From Clostridia bacterium (GTDB taxonomy: Bacteria > Bacillota > Clostridia > Christensenellales > CAG-314): a stretch of 64,000 nt of DNA. Positions 9,753 to 19,044 of the stretch are shown piece after piece. The DNA is taken from the NCBI GenBank assembly GCA_028698585.1, contig JAQVWG010000006.1, positions 1,117 to 65,116 on the forward strand, written 5' to 3'. Each line of letters opens with the position of its first letter. Position 1 is the stretch's first letter. The translations under genes were made by a program, and so were the position numbers. Under the pieces are notes generated by a model. That model ran no database searches. It worked only from the letters and a program-made list of their open reading frames with translations, and was not told the DNA's origin.

Positions 9753-10621
9753 AGTTTAGTATTAGACCCTCCTTCGTCATCCTATGTCTGTTCGTGGCGT
9801 TAATTGGTCAACTAACAGTTCTATTATGTTACTGCATAAGTGTGTTACTGCATGAGGTAACGCACTTTCTTGTTGCGCGCAAGTTTCATTACAGTTGCAG
9901 TGCTATACATTTGACCGCATTCGGCGCCGTACTGTATGGCGATTTCGAGCAAGCAGTAGGCAGGCAACAGATACTAATCGCATTGTCTGCGCCATTGTTC
10001 AACCTATTCATGGCAGGACTGACTGTCGTAATATGGTATATCTATCCTCAATTCTATCTCTACTCATTGGATTTTGCAGTCGCCAACCTTGTGATAGGAT
10101 TAATTAATCTATTGCCCTGTTACCCATTAGACGGTGGTAAAGTGCTGGTTGGCATACTGTCTAAGCGACATACATATAAGCGCAGTATGAGCATTGTTTG
10201 CACTATAACTGTCTTTCTAGCGTTGACAGCATTCTGTACTTTTGTACTGGCATTCTTATTTTCTATCAACCTATTCAGCCTAGGCATGTTCGCAGTTTTT
10301 CTGTTCGGTTGTTCGTTGACTACAACGCAGGGAGCGCATTATAGTAAACTGCCTATTGCGTTAGTTAATAGCACTCGGCTGTTAAGAGGTGTGCGTAAAC
10401 AGACCATTGTTATTTCACATAGAGCTACACTGCAGATGCTACTTACTAGAATGGAGAGCAACACTCTGTATTGTATCGAAGTAGTGGGAGATGATATGGT
10501 AAAGCGTGCTATAATTGATTATAATACACTGCAAAAGTACTACGAGAAATATCCACTTGATTCTATACTCTCCACAATAATAGCAGGAGAGAGTAGTACT
10601 AATACTACTCTCTCCGTTTAA
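9740..10621 (+). CDS. spoIVFB: Site-2 protease family M50 metalloprotease, SpoIVFB-like
   Basis: HEVTHF (HExxH) lies in a TM segment and NLLPCYPLDGG (NxxPxxxLDG) in a later TM segment. There is a C-terminal CBS-like soluble region. Synteny with rplU-prp-rpmA. Confidence 0.7.
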   Translation: MAKLKFSIRPSFVILCLFVALIGQLTVLLCYCISVLLHEVTHFLVARKFHYSCSAIHLTAFGAVLYGDFEQAVGRQQILIALSAPLFNLFMAGLTVVIWYIYPQFYLYSLDFAVANLVIGLINLLPCYPLDGGKVLVGILSKRHTYKRSMSIVCTITVFLALTAFCTFVLAFLFSINLFSLGMFAVFLFGCSLTTTQGAHYSKLPIALVNSTRLLRGVRKQTIVISHRATLQMLLTRMESNTLYCIEVVGDDMVKRAIIDYNTLQKYYEKYPLDSILSTIIAGESSTNTTLSV

Positions 10622-10672
10622 TGAGGTATTACATTGTGAAGGCACCTATAATATCGGCAATTAACCTGTAAT

Positions 10673-11260
10673 CTATAGGTAATACTTCATCTCTTCAACT
10701 ACTTTCTCCTCATACTTGAGCAGCTCCTCAGCAAGCGCAACCGACTTATCTAGACAGTCTGCACTTTGGGATAAGGTTCTCTTGATATCAATGACACCCA
10801 TTGTGGCACCCTGAATCAACATTTCTGCCATTGTAGATAGCGACTTGTTCGCAGTTAATTTAAGTTTAGCATTCATTTTGGCCATGGTGCGGCCAGTCTT
10901 GGTCTTATCCTTAATGCTCGTACCGAGTGCATTCGCCTCGATTTGACATGACTGCACGAAATCATCATATCTAGCCACTTGCTTGCGTATGAGGTCGCTG
11001 AACTCTAGATTGTCTGTGTATCCAAGTAGCACATCAGTACACTCTTTAGCCATTAGAGCATTCTCATATATGGCTGTGTACAGTGCCAAACTGTTCTGTT
11101 GACAGTTGACGTGATATGCGTCCTCCTTGGTACTTTCGTGGTTATTTGCAGTTTGACGGCTTTCTTGCATTCCTGTTCTCCTGTTGTTTACTGCTTGGTC
11201 GTTTACTGTTCTCTGTTGTGTTGAAGTCCTTGCAGTTGCGACTTGTTTCGGCGTTGGCAA
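10673..11260 (-). CDS. Hypothetical helical protein with a Q/N/T-rich N terminus; the only minus-strand gene in the window
   Basis: Long ORF with no family recognised. The start is ambiguous: TTG 11260 (AAGGAAG 6 nt upstream) or ATG 11170 (AGGAG 7 nt upstream). Confidence 0.5.
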   Translation of the reverse strand: MPTPKQVATARTSTQQRTVNDQAVNNRRTGMQESRQTANNHESTKEDAYHVNCQQNSLALYTAIYENALMAKECTDVLLGYTDNLEFSDLIRKQVARYDDFVQSCQIEANALGTSIKDKTKTGRTMAKMNAKLKLTANKSLSTMAEMLIQGATMGVIDIKRTLSQSADCLDKSVALAEELLKYEEKVVEEMKYYL

Positions 11261-11384
11261 GGTATTCTTCCTTGCATTGCTTGGATTTTGTCATAACGGT
11301 TGTTTACCTCCTATTGTAGTGCTATTATTATGGGCATCAATGGACAAAAATATAAACAAATACCACTTTTTTGACATTATATAT

Positions 11385-11413
11385 TTGACAGCCAAGTGCT
11401 TTTGTGTTAAATT
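11385..11413 (+). promoter_or_regulatory. SigA-type promoter of the rplU operon
   Basis: TTGACA (11385-11390), 17-nt spacer, TAAATT (11408-11413), preceded by TGT (extended -10). Confidence 0.55.
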
Positions 11414-11505
11414 GATAAGCGACCGCTTAGGAGTGGCTTATAAGAACAACATCAGTTGTCGCCTACTATAACAACCTAGCGAGATTGGAGAGGGGAGGTA
11501 AACAA
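11414..11505 (+). promoter_or_regulatory. Candidate L21-leader-type 5' UTR
   Basis: About 90-nt leader between the promoter and rplU, with possible stems ATAAGC/GCTTAT and GCGAC/GTCGC. Firmicute rplU operons are known to carry an L21 leader. I could not verify the fold. Confidence 0.3.
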
Positions 11506-11814
11506 ATGTACGCAATAGTAAAAACAGGTGGTAAACAATACAAAGTAGAGCAAGGCACTATATTCTCTACCGAGTTGTTGGATGCACAGGTTGGTTCAGT
11601 TATTGAACTTAACGCACTGCTTTTTGCAGATGATGATAAGGTTATTGCTGGCGAGGGGACCAATAACGTCAAAGTAATGGCTGAGGTTGTCGAGCATGGC
11701 AAAGGCAAGAAGTTGACTATCTTTACTTACAAAGCCAAGAAGAATGTAAGACATAAGCAAGGTCACAGACAGCCATACACCAAGTTAAAGGTTACTAGTA
11801 TAACTGCTAAATAA
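11506..11814 (+). CDS. rplU: 50S ribosomal protein L21
   Basis: MYAIVKTGGKQYKV N terminus. RBS GGGGAGG at 11492-11498. Confidence 0.95.
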   Translation: MYAIVKTGGKQYKVEQGTIFSTELLDAQVGSVIELNALLFADDDKVIAGEGTNNVKVMAEVVEHGKGKKLTIFTYKAKKNVRHKQGHRQPYTKLKVTSITAK

Positions 11815-12152
11815 TGACAGATATCGTCTTAACCAAGAATAATGGCAATATAGTCCAAGTATCTGTAAGTGGACATACAGGGTATGGTACCAGTGGAAGT
11901 GATATATTATGCTCGGCAATATCGAGCATAGTGCAGACGGCACTGCTGGGGATACTAGACGTAGTATGTGTGAACGTAGATTTTGCTCGTGATGAACGGA
12001 ATGGACAATTAACTTTTGCCATAAGTAGTGATATGGATGAGTCCAAAATGCATGATTGTCAATTAATTCTTAAGACAATGTTATGTGGATTATCCGATCT
12101 CAATACCGAGTATTCGGATTTTATGAATTTGGAGGTAAAAAATGTTTATTAA
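11814..12152 (+). CDS. prp: Ribosomal-processing cysteine protease Prp
   Basis: Lies between rplU and rpmA. GHTGYG...DILCSAISS contains the His/Cys pair typical of Prp (YsxB). Confidence 0.85.
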   Translation: MTDIVLTKNNGNIVQVSVSGHTGYGTSGSDILCSAISSIVQTALLGILDVVCVNVDFARDERNGQLTFAISSDMDESKMHDCQLILKTMLCGLSDLNTEYSDFMNLEVKNVY

Positions 12153-12417
12153 TATTCAACTTTTTGCTCATAAAAAAGGTGGCGGTTCGACAAAGAACGG
12201 TAGAGATAGTCAGGCCCAGAGATTGGGTGCTAAGCGTGCTGATGGTCAATTCGTTCTAGCCGGCAACATCATAGTGCGCCAAAGGGGTACTGCAATCCAT
12301 CCCGGCAATAACGTCGGCATAGGTAAGGATGACACTTTATTCGCACTGATTGACGGTGTAGTCAAGTTCGAGCATAAAGGCAAGACCAAAAAACAAGTTA
12401 GCGTATATCCCAACTAA
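12142..12417 (+). CDS. rpmA: 50S ribosomal protein L27 with an N-terminal propeptide
   Basis: [23 protein letters not shown]: a Firmicute-type cleavable extension followed by the conserved L27 N terminus. Confidence 0.95.
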   Translation: MFINIQLFAHKKGGGSTKNGRDSQAQRLGAKRADGQFVLAGNIIVRQRGTAIHPGNNVGIGKDDTLFALIDGVVKFEHKGKTKKQVSVYPN

Positions 12418-12429
12418 TTATGTTTACAT

Positions 12430-12453
12430 GGGCTGATATATTCAGCCCTTTTT
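12430..12453 (+). terminator. Rho-independent terminator after rpmA
   Basis: GGGCTGA / TCAGCCC stem, 5-nt loop, then TTTTT. Confidence 0.75.
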
Positions 12454-12464
12454 AATTATTACCA

Positions 12465-13298
12465 ATGATTACCAGAATAAAGGACAGTATAGTTATTACA
12501 GATGAACCACAGTTCGACATACAGAAAGTGTTAGAATGTGGGCAGATATTCCGCTATCACAAGATAGATAACGGGTACGTATTCTATTCTCTTGATAAGT
12601 GCGCAACAGCAACAACTATAGGTAATCAATGCGTAATTGTAAGTGACGATATTGATTACTTCTATAACTACCTAGACCTCGATACTGATTATGAGAGAAT
12701 ATACCTGACGTTGCACGACACTGATGACTGTATGCGCAAAGCTACTGAGTATGGTCAAGGTATCAGGATACTCCGACAGAATACATTAGAGACCATAATA
12801 TGTTTCATTATCTCTGCCAATAATAATATCAAACGAATACAGGGCATAGTCGAGCGTCTATGCACCTATGCTGGTGATAAGACTGCGTACGGATACGCCT
12901 TTCCCACCCTTGAACAGTTATCTTGTTGTTCGGTGGACATTTACAGGCAGGTAGGATGTGGATATCGGTCTCAATATTTATTCGATACCGTTCAAGCAAT
13001 ACATAATGGACAATTAGACATCAATTCGCTGCATTTACTCGACACTCAGGATGCTAAACAACAACTGCTTAAACTCAAGGGTGTAGGCGGTAAAGTTGCC
13101 GACTGTATACTTCTATTCGGCATGGGCAGATATGACGTGTTTCCAACAGACACTTGGATTAAGAAGGTGTACGAGCAGAATTACGGTGATGGTAATAAAT
13201 GTACTGATATAGCCACTTTTTTCGTCAATAAGTATCTTAAGCTCTCTGGTTATGCCCAACAATACCTTTTTTATTATCAAAGGGCAGGTAATTTTTAA
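12465..13298 (+). CDS. ogg: 8-oxoguanine DNA glycosylase / HhH-GPD family
   Basis: LKLKGVGGKVADCILLFG helix-hairpin-helix followed by a conserved Asp (FPTDTW). Length matches bacterial Ogg. Confidence 0.75.
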   Translation: MITRIKDSIVITDEPQFDIQKVLECGQIFRYHKIDNGYVFYSLDKCATATTIGNQCVIVSDDIDYFYNYLDLDTDYERIYLTLHDTDDCMRKATEYGQGIRILRQNTLETIICFIISANNNIKRIQGIVERLCTYAGDKTAYGYAFPTLEQLSCCSVDIYRQVGCGYRSQYLFDTVQAIHNGQLDINSLHLLDTQDAKQQLLKLKGVGGKVADCILLFGMGRYDVFPTDTWIKKVYEQNYGDGNKCTDIATFFVNKYLKLSGYAQQYLFYYQRAGNF

Positions 13299-13380
13299 CG
13301 AAAAGAATAGACAAAAATGTTTTCGTGTAGTAGACTAAAGAAAAATGATTTATTGATAACAACTAGGAGGTACTTATACA

Positions 13381-14055
13381 ATGCAAGGAGAGAGAAAAAT
13401 ATCACTCTACATCGATATTGACAATTTGAAAATTGGCTATAACGAGTATGACGACGCCATAAAACAACTAGAAATGGCTGGAGACATCCTACACTGTAAG
13501 GTGTATGGCGTTTCGGACAGAAGACACAAGGAGATAATTTCCTCCATAATGGATAGAGGGTACGATATGGCACCCGTTATGCGCAAGAGAAGGCCTAAGC
13601 AGTTCGATTATCGTATTATAGTTGACGTGATGGAGGATGTACTGCAGAATAATAACATCAACACAGTAGTTATTATCGCTTGTCCAACTGATCTTGTATG
13701 GCTATATAGTAAACTGAACAGTTATAACATTAAGGTTATCGCACTTGACAACAACGATGAGGAGAACAGGAACCTAGTTGACGAGGTTATTCATTTGGGA
13801 CTGCATGAGCCAGATCCGGCACCCAAGAAGGCTCCGGAACCCGTTAAGCCAGCTAAGGCCGTCCCTCCACCCAAGAAGGCCAAGACACCAGTCGCCCCAA
13901 CTAAGACAGAACCTCAAGTTGCTGCTACTGAAGAACTCCAGACAATCAAGGAAGTGGCTGAGCGCCCCAACACAGAGGAGAACATCGACAAGGGTAACGA
14001 AGAGTTGTTACAAGAAATCAAAGGATTACTGGACAAGTTCAAGGAAGAAGAATAG
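13381..14055 (+). CDS. NYN (LabA/DUF88-like) domain protein with a Pro/Lys/Ala-rich disordered tail
   Basis: RBS AGGAGG. ISLYIDIDNL, DYRIIVDV and VVIIACPTDLVWL follow the NYN/PIN-like motif order. The tail PAPKKAPEPVKPAKAVPPPKKAKTPVAP is low complexity. Confidence 0.6.
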   Translation: MQGERKISLYIDIDNLKIGYNEYDDAIKQLEMAGDILHCKVYGVSDRRHKEIISSIMDRGYDMAPVMRKRRPKQFDYRIIVDVMEDVLQNNNINTVVIIACPTDLVWLYSKLNSYNIKVIALDNNDEENRNLVDEVIHLGLHEPDPAPKKAPEPVKPAKAVPPPKKAKTPVAPTKTEPQVAATEELQTIKEVAERPNTEENIDKGNEELLQEIKGLLDKFKEEE

Positions 14056-14072
14056 CATTATATTGATTAATT

Positions 14073-14110
14073 GCACCTAGAGGGTTACACACCGTCTAGG
14101 TGCTTTTTTT
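14073..14110 (+). terminator. Rho-independent terminator after the NYN gene
   Basis: GCACCTAGA / TCTAGGTGC 9-bp stem followed by 7 T. Confidence 0.8.
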
Positions 14111-14205
14111 GTTTACTTATAATCATTTTGCCGCACATATTACTATTGTTGACAATTCTATTACTTTGAATTATTGATGATACACACACATCGCTATATT
14201 AACTG

Positions 14206-14831
14206 ATTGCATTCAACAACTCAATGTTCAGATATATTATCTGGCTTCTCATACCTATTCTGTATGCGCTAGCTACGCTCATATCGAATTGCCATAAGTT
14301 ATACACTGTTATAAATTATGGGTGTAGTCTACCTCTCGCATTATTGAGGTGCCTGAGTTTACATGCTACTTAATAACTGTTGATTGTGATATACTTCTGT
14401 TGCTACTGTATTAATAATTGCATTCAACAACTCAATGTTCAGATATATTATCTGGCTTCTCATATTTTTTCTGTATACGCTGGCTACGCTCATATTGAAT
14501 TGCCATAAGTTATACACTGTTATAAATTATGGGTGTAGTCTACCTCTCGCATTATTGAGGTGCCCGAGTTTACATGCTACTTAATAACTGTTGATTGTGA
14601 TATACTTCTGTTGCTACTGTACTAATAATTGCATCCAACAACTCAATGTTCGGATATATTATCTGGCTACTCATACTTTTTCTGTATACGCTAGCTACGC
14701 TCGTATCGAATCACCATTAGGTATACACTGTTATAAATTATGGGTGTAGTCTACCTCTCGCATTATTGAGGTGCCTGAGTTTATATACTACTTAATGACT
14801 GTTGATTGTGATAAACTGCCGTTGCTACTCT
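14206..14831. repeat. Tandem repeat, 3 copies of about 211 bp
   Basis: The word ATTGCAT(T/C)CAACAACTCAATG recurs at 14206, 14417 and 14628. Copies align end to end with scattered substitutions. Confidence 0.95.
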
Positions 14832-15300
14832 GTCGCTGCCTTTTTATGGTACGACATATGGATGACTGATTAATTATATTAGCTTGTGTTAGACATAAGT
14901 TTATAAGCATTATGACTAGCGTTTATAATTAACGACTAGCACTTGCTGAGTGACTAGATAAGTCTGTCAATACGTATTATGTAACGAATTAATCTTATGC
15001 TGATACTTCTTTATCATATGATAAGCATAATGTTCCACTAGCCAACCGCAAAATACATCCGTAGTTATATGTCCATAACACAGTGTAGTGCATATCGTTA
15101 CCGAATCCGTACACTACATCTATTAACTTGGTACATTGTATATTGGTTAGAGAACAATAACCGTATGCCGTGTTAAGCGTATCTTAACTGTTATTGGATG
15201 ATAAACAATTAACATTACTCTTAATGATTATGTCTTGTCAACTGCTAAACACATACCCTCAGCGCATAGAATATATCAAATGTTCGTAGGGGATTGACAC

Positions 15301-15564
15301 TTGACAATAAACCAAAGCATAGGCAACATACTGGGTGAGGAGATGTTGTCCCTGCTCAATTATAAGTACACGGTCTATGCAGATTTCGCATTAGAGGTGG
15401 AGGGACATAGGGGAATCAAAGTTTTTTCGTCCACCTACATAACATTTGCTGTTGGCAAAAGCACGCTGGTCGTTGAGGGGGAGAACCTTACCATTAAGCA
15501 ACTCACCAAAAACTATGCACTTATAACAGGCACTATCACGTGGGCAGGGGTACAGCGTAAATGA
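15301..15564 (+). CDS. yqfC: Sporulation protein YqfC
   Basis: Small protein (LEVEGHRGIKVFSSTYITF...LVVEGENLTIKQL) directly upstream of and overlapping yqfD. TTG start with AGGGGA 7 nt upstream. Confidence 0.7.
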   Translation: MTINQSIGNILGEEMLSLLNYKYTVYADFALEVEGHRGIKVFSSTYITFAVGKSTLVVEGENLTIKQLTKNYALITGTITWAGVQRK

Positions 15565-16652
15565 AATCGTATGAAGTAATCATTGACGGTGTTAACCTCG
15601 ACAGGTTAATCAATCAACTTGCTAAACAAATGCCACTGAAATGTGTTTGTCGCAATAATGCTAAACAATGCTCCTTAGTGGTCAGCGCCATAGACAAGCA
15701 AAAGGTAGTTGATTATTTACACCAAAAGTGCTATAATAATTATATAGTTAAACCGATTGGATACAGAGCAATATTGACTTGGTTTAGGCGCAATATAGCA
15801 CTCAGCTTAATCGCACTGATTTTCTTAATTAGCTTGCTTATTTGCAGTAGACTATGTTTACGCATTGACGTTGACTGGGCTGGAGACGCACATACTGTAG
15901 TGCAGGTAGTGAATGATTATGGTATAGTCAAGGGCAGTTTCATGGGTAACGTACAGATAGATGAATTAGAGAACTACCTCTGTAACCATCTTAATTGCGC
16001 ATACGCTGTAGTAGAGATAGACGGCAGTGTACTACGAGTCAAAATAATCGACAAGGCACTCCCGACGCCACCCATAGACTTCGATTCGCCCCATGACGTA
16101 CTCGCTAGGTATGATGCAGTGGTAACTAGGGTAGCATTATTGAGTGGCACTAGCGTGATATCTATTGGTGATACTGTGAGCGCAGGACAGACATTAATTG
16201 TCGGTTTAAGGACATTTAAGGACGGCACCACACAGCCTACTTATGCAATCGGTCAAATATACGGTAAAGTAACGCTGTCGCTCACAGAACGTTTTACGCC
16301 CTCACAGGTGGCATACAGGCGTACTGGTAAGTGTCAAGTGAGTAATTCTCTTATCCTGTTAGGCAACACTTGGCAGGGTAATAATCAACCCGATTATGCA
16401 TTCTTTGAGAGCCAAACGGATTACTATTACATTACCCCACTTAACATTCAAGTAGTTTCGACAACTATCTATGAGTTGGAGCAATATACCTATACGGTCA
16501 CTATTGACGAGGTGCTAGAAGACATTGTTGATAGCCTTATGAGTCAACTTGTAGAGCAAGCAGACTTTGAGATAGAATGCTTTACATATACTGTTGATGG
16601 GGATATAATAACCGTAACGGCCAGCGCCGAGATACTCATCAGCACTGACTAG
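15561..16652 (+). CDS. yqfD: Sporulation protein YqfD
   Basis: ATGA overlap with yqfC. Size, a central TM helix and position before phoH match the yqfCD-phoH block. Confidence 0.75.
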   Translation: MKSYEVIIDGVNLDRLINQLAKQMPLKCVCRNNAKQCSLVVSAIDKQKVVDYLHQKCYNNYIVKPIGYRAILTWFRRNIALSLIALIFLISLLICSRLCLRIDVDWAGDAHTVVQVVNDYGIVKGSFMGNVQIDELENYLCNHLNCAYAVVEIDGSVLRVKIIDKALPTPPIDFDSPHDVLARYDAVVTRVALLSGTSVISIGDTVSAGQTLIVGLRTFKDGTTQPTYAIGQIYGKVTLSLTERFTPSQVAYRRTGKCQVSNSLILLGNTWQGNNQPDYAFFESQTDYYYITPLNIQVVSTTIYELEQYTYTVTIDEVLEDIVDSLMSQLVEQADFEIECFTYTVDGDIITVTASAEILISTD

Positions 16653-16662
16653 GGAGGATAGT

Positions 16663-17640
16663 TTGAGCAGAGTAACGAAGAAGATTGAAATTGACAATAT
16701 AGACACACTGATGACCATATTTGGGTCATTTGATGAGAACCTTAACGTCATTACCAAGGCATTAGACGTCGAGTTGATGTGCAAGCTCGGAGAGAATTAT
16801 TTCATGGGAGAGAGTGCTAATGTAGATTTAGCACTTGCCGTGGTGGACAAGCTAGCGACATTCTCTCGCAATGGTGACATAGTAGACCTAGGTAGAGTTA
16901 ACTACGTGTGTGCATGCGCTAAGGAGGGTAAGCTCGCCGAGATCGACCAACTGTTCACCGATGTAGTAGCCATAACTAATCGTGGTAAACTTATCAAGTG
17001 TAAGACAGTGGGACAGCGTAGATACGTCAACTCCATTAACAAGAATACCATTAGCATTTCTGTCGGTCCTGCAGGCACGGGTAAGACATATTTAGCCGTT
17101 GCATTGGCTGTTGTTGCATATAAACGTAAACAAGTTGACAAAATTATTCTAACTCGTCCAGCAGTAGAGGCTGGGGAGAAGCTAGGATTCTTGCCGGGTG
17201 ACCTACAAGAAAAAGTCAATCCGTATCTCAGGCCGCTGTATGATGCACTTCAAGAGATGTTAGGCGTAGAGGGTTATAGTAAGATGATAGAGAAGGGCAT
17301 TATTGAGATTGCCCCTCTAGCCTATATGCGTGGTAGGACGCTCAGCAACGCCTTCATTATACTGGACGAGGCTCAGAACACTACTCAAGAGCAGATTAAA
17401 ATGTTTTTGACAAGACTGGGCGAAAATAGTAGAATGGTTATTAATGGCGACTTAACACAAGTGGATTTACCGGAGGGCAAGTCTAGTGGGTTAAGAGTTG
17501 CCACGAAAATACTCAAGGACATACCGGATATCGGCATTACCGTATTGACTGAGAGAGATGTAGTTAGACATCCATTAGTACAGATTATAGTCAAGGCCTA
17601 TGAACTTGCCGAGAACAGGAGAAAGAATGAAAAAGATTAA
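16663..17640 (+). CDS. phoH: PhoH-family ATPase
   Basis: Walker A GPAGTGKTYLAVA and ILDEAQN. TTG start with RBS GGGAGG. Confidence 0.9.
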   Translation: MSRVTKKIEIDNIDTLMTIFGSFDENLNVITKALDVELMCKLGENYFMGESANVDLALAVVDKLATFSRNGDIVDLGRVNYVCACAKEGKLAEIDQLFTDVVAITNRGKLIKCKTVGQRRYVNSINKNTISISVGPAGTGKTYLAVALAVVAYKRKQVDKIILTRPAVEAGEKLGFLPGDLQEKVNPYLRPLYDALQEMLGVEGYSKMIEKGIIEIAPLAYMRGRTLSNAFIILDEAQNTTQEQIKMFLTRLGENSRMVINGDLTQVDLPEGKSSGLRVATKILKDIPDIGITVLTERDVVRHPLVQIIVKAYELAENRRKNEKD

Positions 17641-19042
17641 GAAAGCCGTTGTCAAGTCTGCGTCAAGGGGACTTGCAATCATATTCGCTTCCTACGTTGT
17701 AATTTATCTAATGATTAGACTATTAATAATACGTGATGCGCCATTGATGACTAGAGGGGGATTCGTCGCACTAATTGCTCTACTATTCGTATGCTTGACC
17801 AGTTTTCTCATCTGGACCAGAAGCACGATTATATACGATATACGCAAGTGTTGTGCTTTAGCAGTTGTTCTGGTAATTAATATGGCAATTATGGTCATGT
17901 TCGGTAAGGATTACATCAATCTGCCATACCTAGTACCGTATGCACTATGCGCACTAATGTGTGCTAACCTGCTAGACAGCAAAATTACTTTTCTTGTCAG
18001 TGTCAATCTACTTATTATCTACTTCGCATCGCAGTTGTTGTTCGTCGGTAATGCGTCGCAACAACTACTATATTATATCTTGTTCGATGGCGTATTCTGC
18101 TGTGTGATATGCTCGTACTCAACTAATAGACACTTTACTAGGGCAAGGCTGGTGCTGTTGGGTGTGATACTGGGAATCACTAATGCTATATTCTATGCGC
18201 TGTCATTCGCACTATTTAATGGCGTGTTCGTATTTAAGACATTCCTTACCGAGATACTGCTGTGCTTTGGCGGTGGACTGGTATTGATTATGTGTCTATT
18301 CTTGTTTATACCATTACTAGAGGCATTATTTAATCTCGCAACAGATTTTCGACTCGTCGAGTTAACTCGTACAAGCGCACCATTACTGCGTAAGCTGTTC
18401 GATGAGGCACCGGGCACGTATAATCACAGCATGGTGGTGGCGATATACGCCGAGGCATGTGCGACTGCAATAGGAGCTAATCCGTTCTTAGTTAAGGCTG
18501 CTGCGTATTATCACGATATCGGCAAGTGTAAGAATCCTCAATATTTCATAGAGAATCAAGGTGGCGGCCCCAACCCACACGATGAATTAACCCCCGAAGC
18601 CTCGGTACTAGCAATTAAGAAGCACTGTATTCTAGGCTACTCTCTTGCTAAGGAATATAATCTACCAGAAGAGATATGCCGTGCCATAATAGAACACCAC
18701 GGCACAATGCCACTCAAAGTGTTCTACCTGCGAGCCAAGAAAATGACCGACGGCGAATTATCCTATGACCAGTTCCACTATGATGGTCCAACGCCGACCA
18801 CTAAGACGTCAGCCATTCTTATGATATGTGATGCATGCGAGGCTGCACTGCGTGCCTCAGGCAACAGTAGTAATGCGGAGGAGATGGTTAACGCAGTTGT
18901 TAAGGAGCGCATGGATCTTAACCAGTTCGTTGATTGCGATTTATCTATGAAAGAGATAGAGACTATCAAGAAGACTATTATATCGACATTCGTTGGTGTT
19001 AAGCATGACAGGATAGTCTATCCCAACGTTAAACTTAATTAA
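17627..19042 (+). CDS. pgpH: 7TM-HD membrane phosphohydrolase (YqfF/PgpH-like)
   Basis: Multi-TM N-terminal half and a C-terminal HD domain (YYHDIGK, EHHG). ATG 17627 has AGGAG upstream. The ORF-track start at 17600 is less likely. Confidence 0.75.
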   Translation: MKKIKKAVVKSASRGLAIIFASYVVIYLMIRLLIIRDAPLMTRGGFVALIALLFVCLTSFLIWTRSTIIYDIRKCCALAVVLVINMAIMVMFGKDYINLPYLVPYALCALMCANLLDSKITFLVSVNLLIIYFASQLLFVGNASQQLLYYILFDGVFCCVICSYSTNRHFTRARLVLLGVILGITNAIFYALSFALFNGVFVFKTFLTEILLCFGGGLVLIMCLFLFIPLLEALFNLATDFRLVELTRTSAPLLRKLFDEAPGTYNHSMVVAIYAEACATAIGANPFLVKAAAYYHDIGKCKNPQYFIENQGGGPNPHDELTPEASVLAIKKHCILGYSLAKEYNLPEEICRAIIEHHGTMPLKVFYLRAKKMTDGELSYDQFHYDGPTPTTKTSAILMICDACEAALRASGNSSNAEEMVNAVVKERMDLNQFVDCDLSMKEIETIKKTIISTFVGVKHDRIVYPNVKLN

Positions 19043-19044
19043 GT

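Noticed and set aside
11184-11471. A 95-aa plus-strand ORF across the divergent promoter region.
   Set aside because: It overlaps the minus-strand gene's 5' end and runs through the rplU promoter and leader. It has no RBS and a hydrophobic, junk-like sequence.
13778-14080. A 100-aa alternative-frame ORF over the Pro/Lys-rich tail of the NYN gene.
   Set aside because: It lies entirely within the NYN ORF in another frame. It is an Arg/Pro/Ser-rich artefact of the low-complexity region.
14206-14831. Could the 211-bp array (and the 214-bp array at 54203-54831) be CRISPR-like?
   Set aside because: The units are contiguous and homologous over their whole length, with no unique spacers. The period is far longer than CRISPR repeat-plus-spacer units. 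No cas genes are in the window.
15265-15273. CATAGAATA upstream of yqfC as a SigE/SigK-type -10 element.
   Set aside because: It fits CATA-N3-TA, but I could not find a convincing -35 partner at the right spacing. This is too weak to call without a position weight matrix scan or transcript mapping.
14832-15300. A known structured RNA (RNase P, tmRNA, SRP or 6S) in the remaining ORF-free 470 bp, and similarly at 45260-45570 and 46640-46930.
   Set aside because: I found no hallmark motif (for example GAGGAAAGTCC for RNase P, or a tRNA-like acceptor end). Only short, unremarkable hairpins are present, and 6S cannot be excluded by eye.
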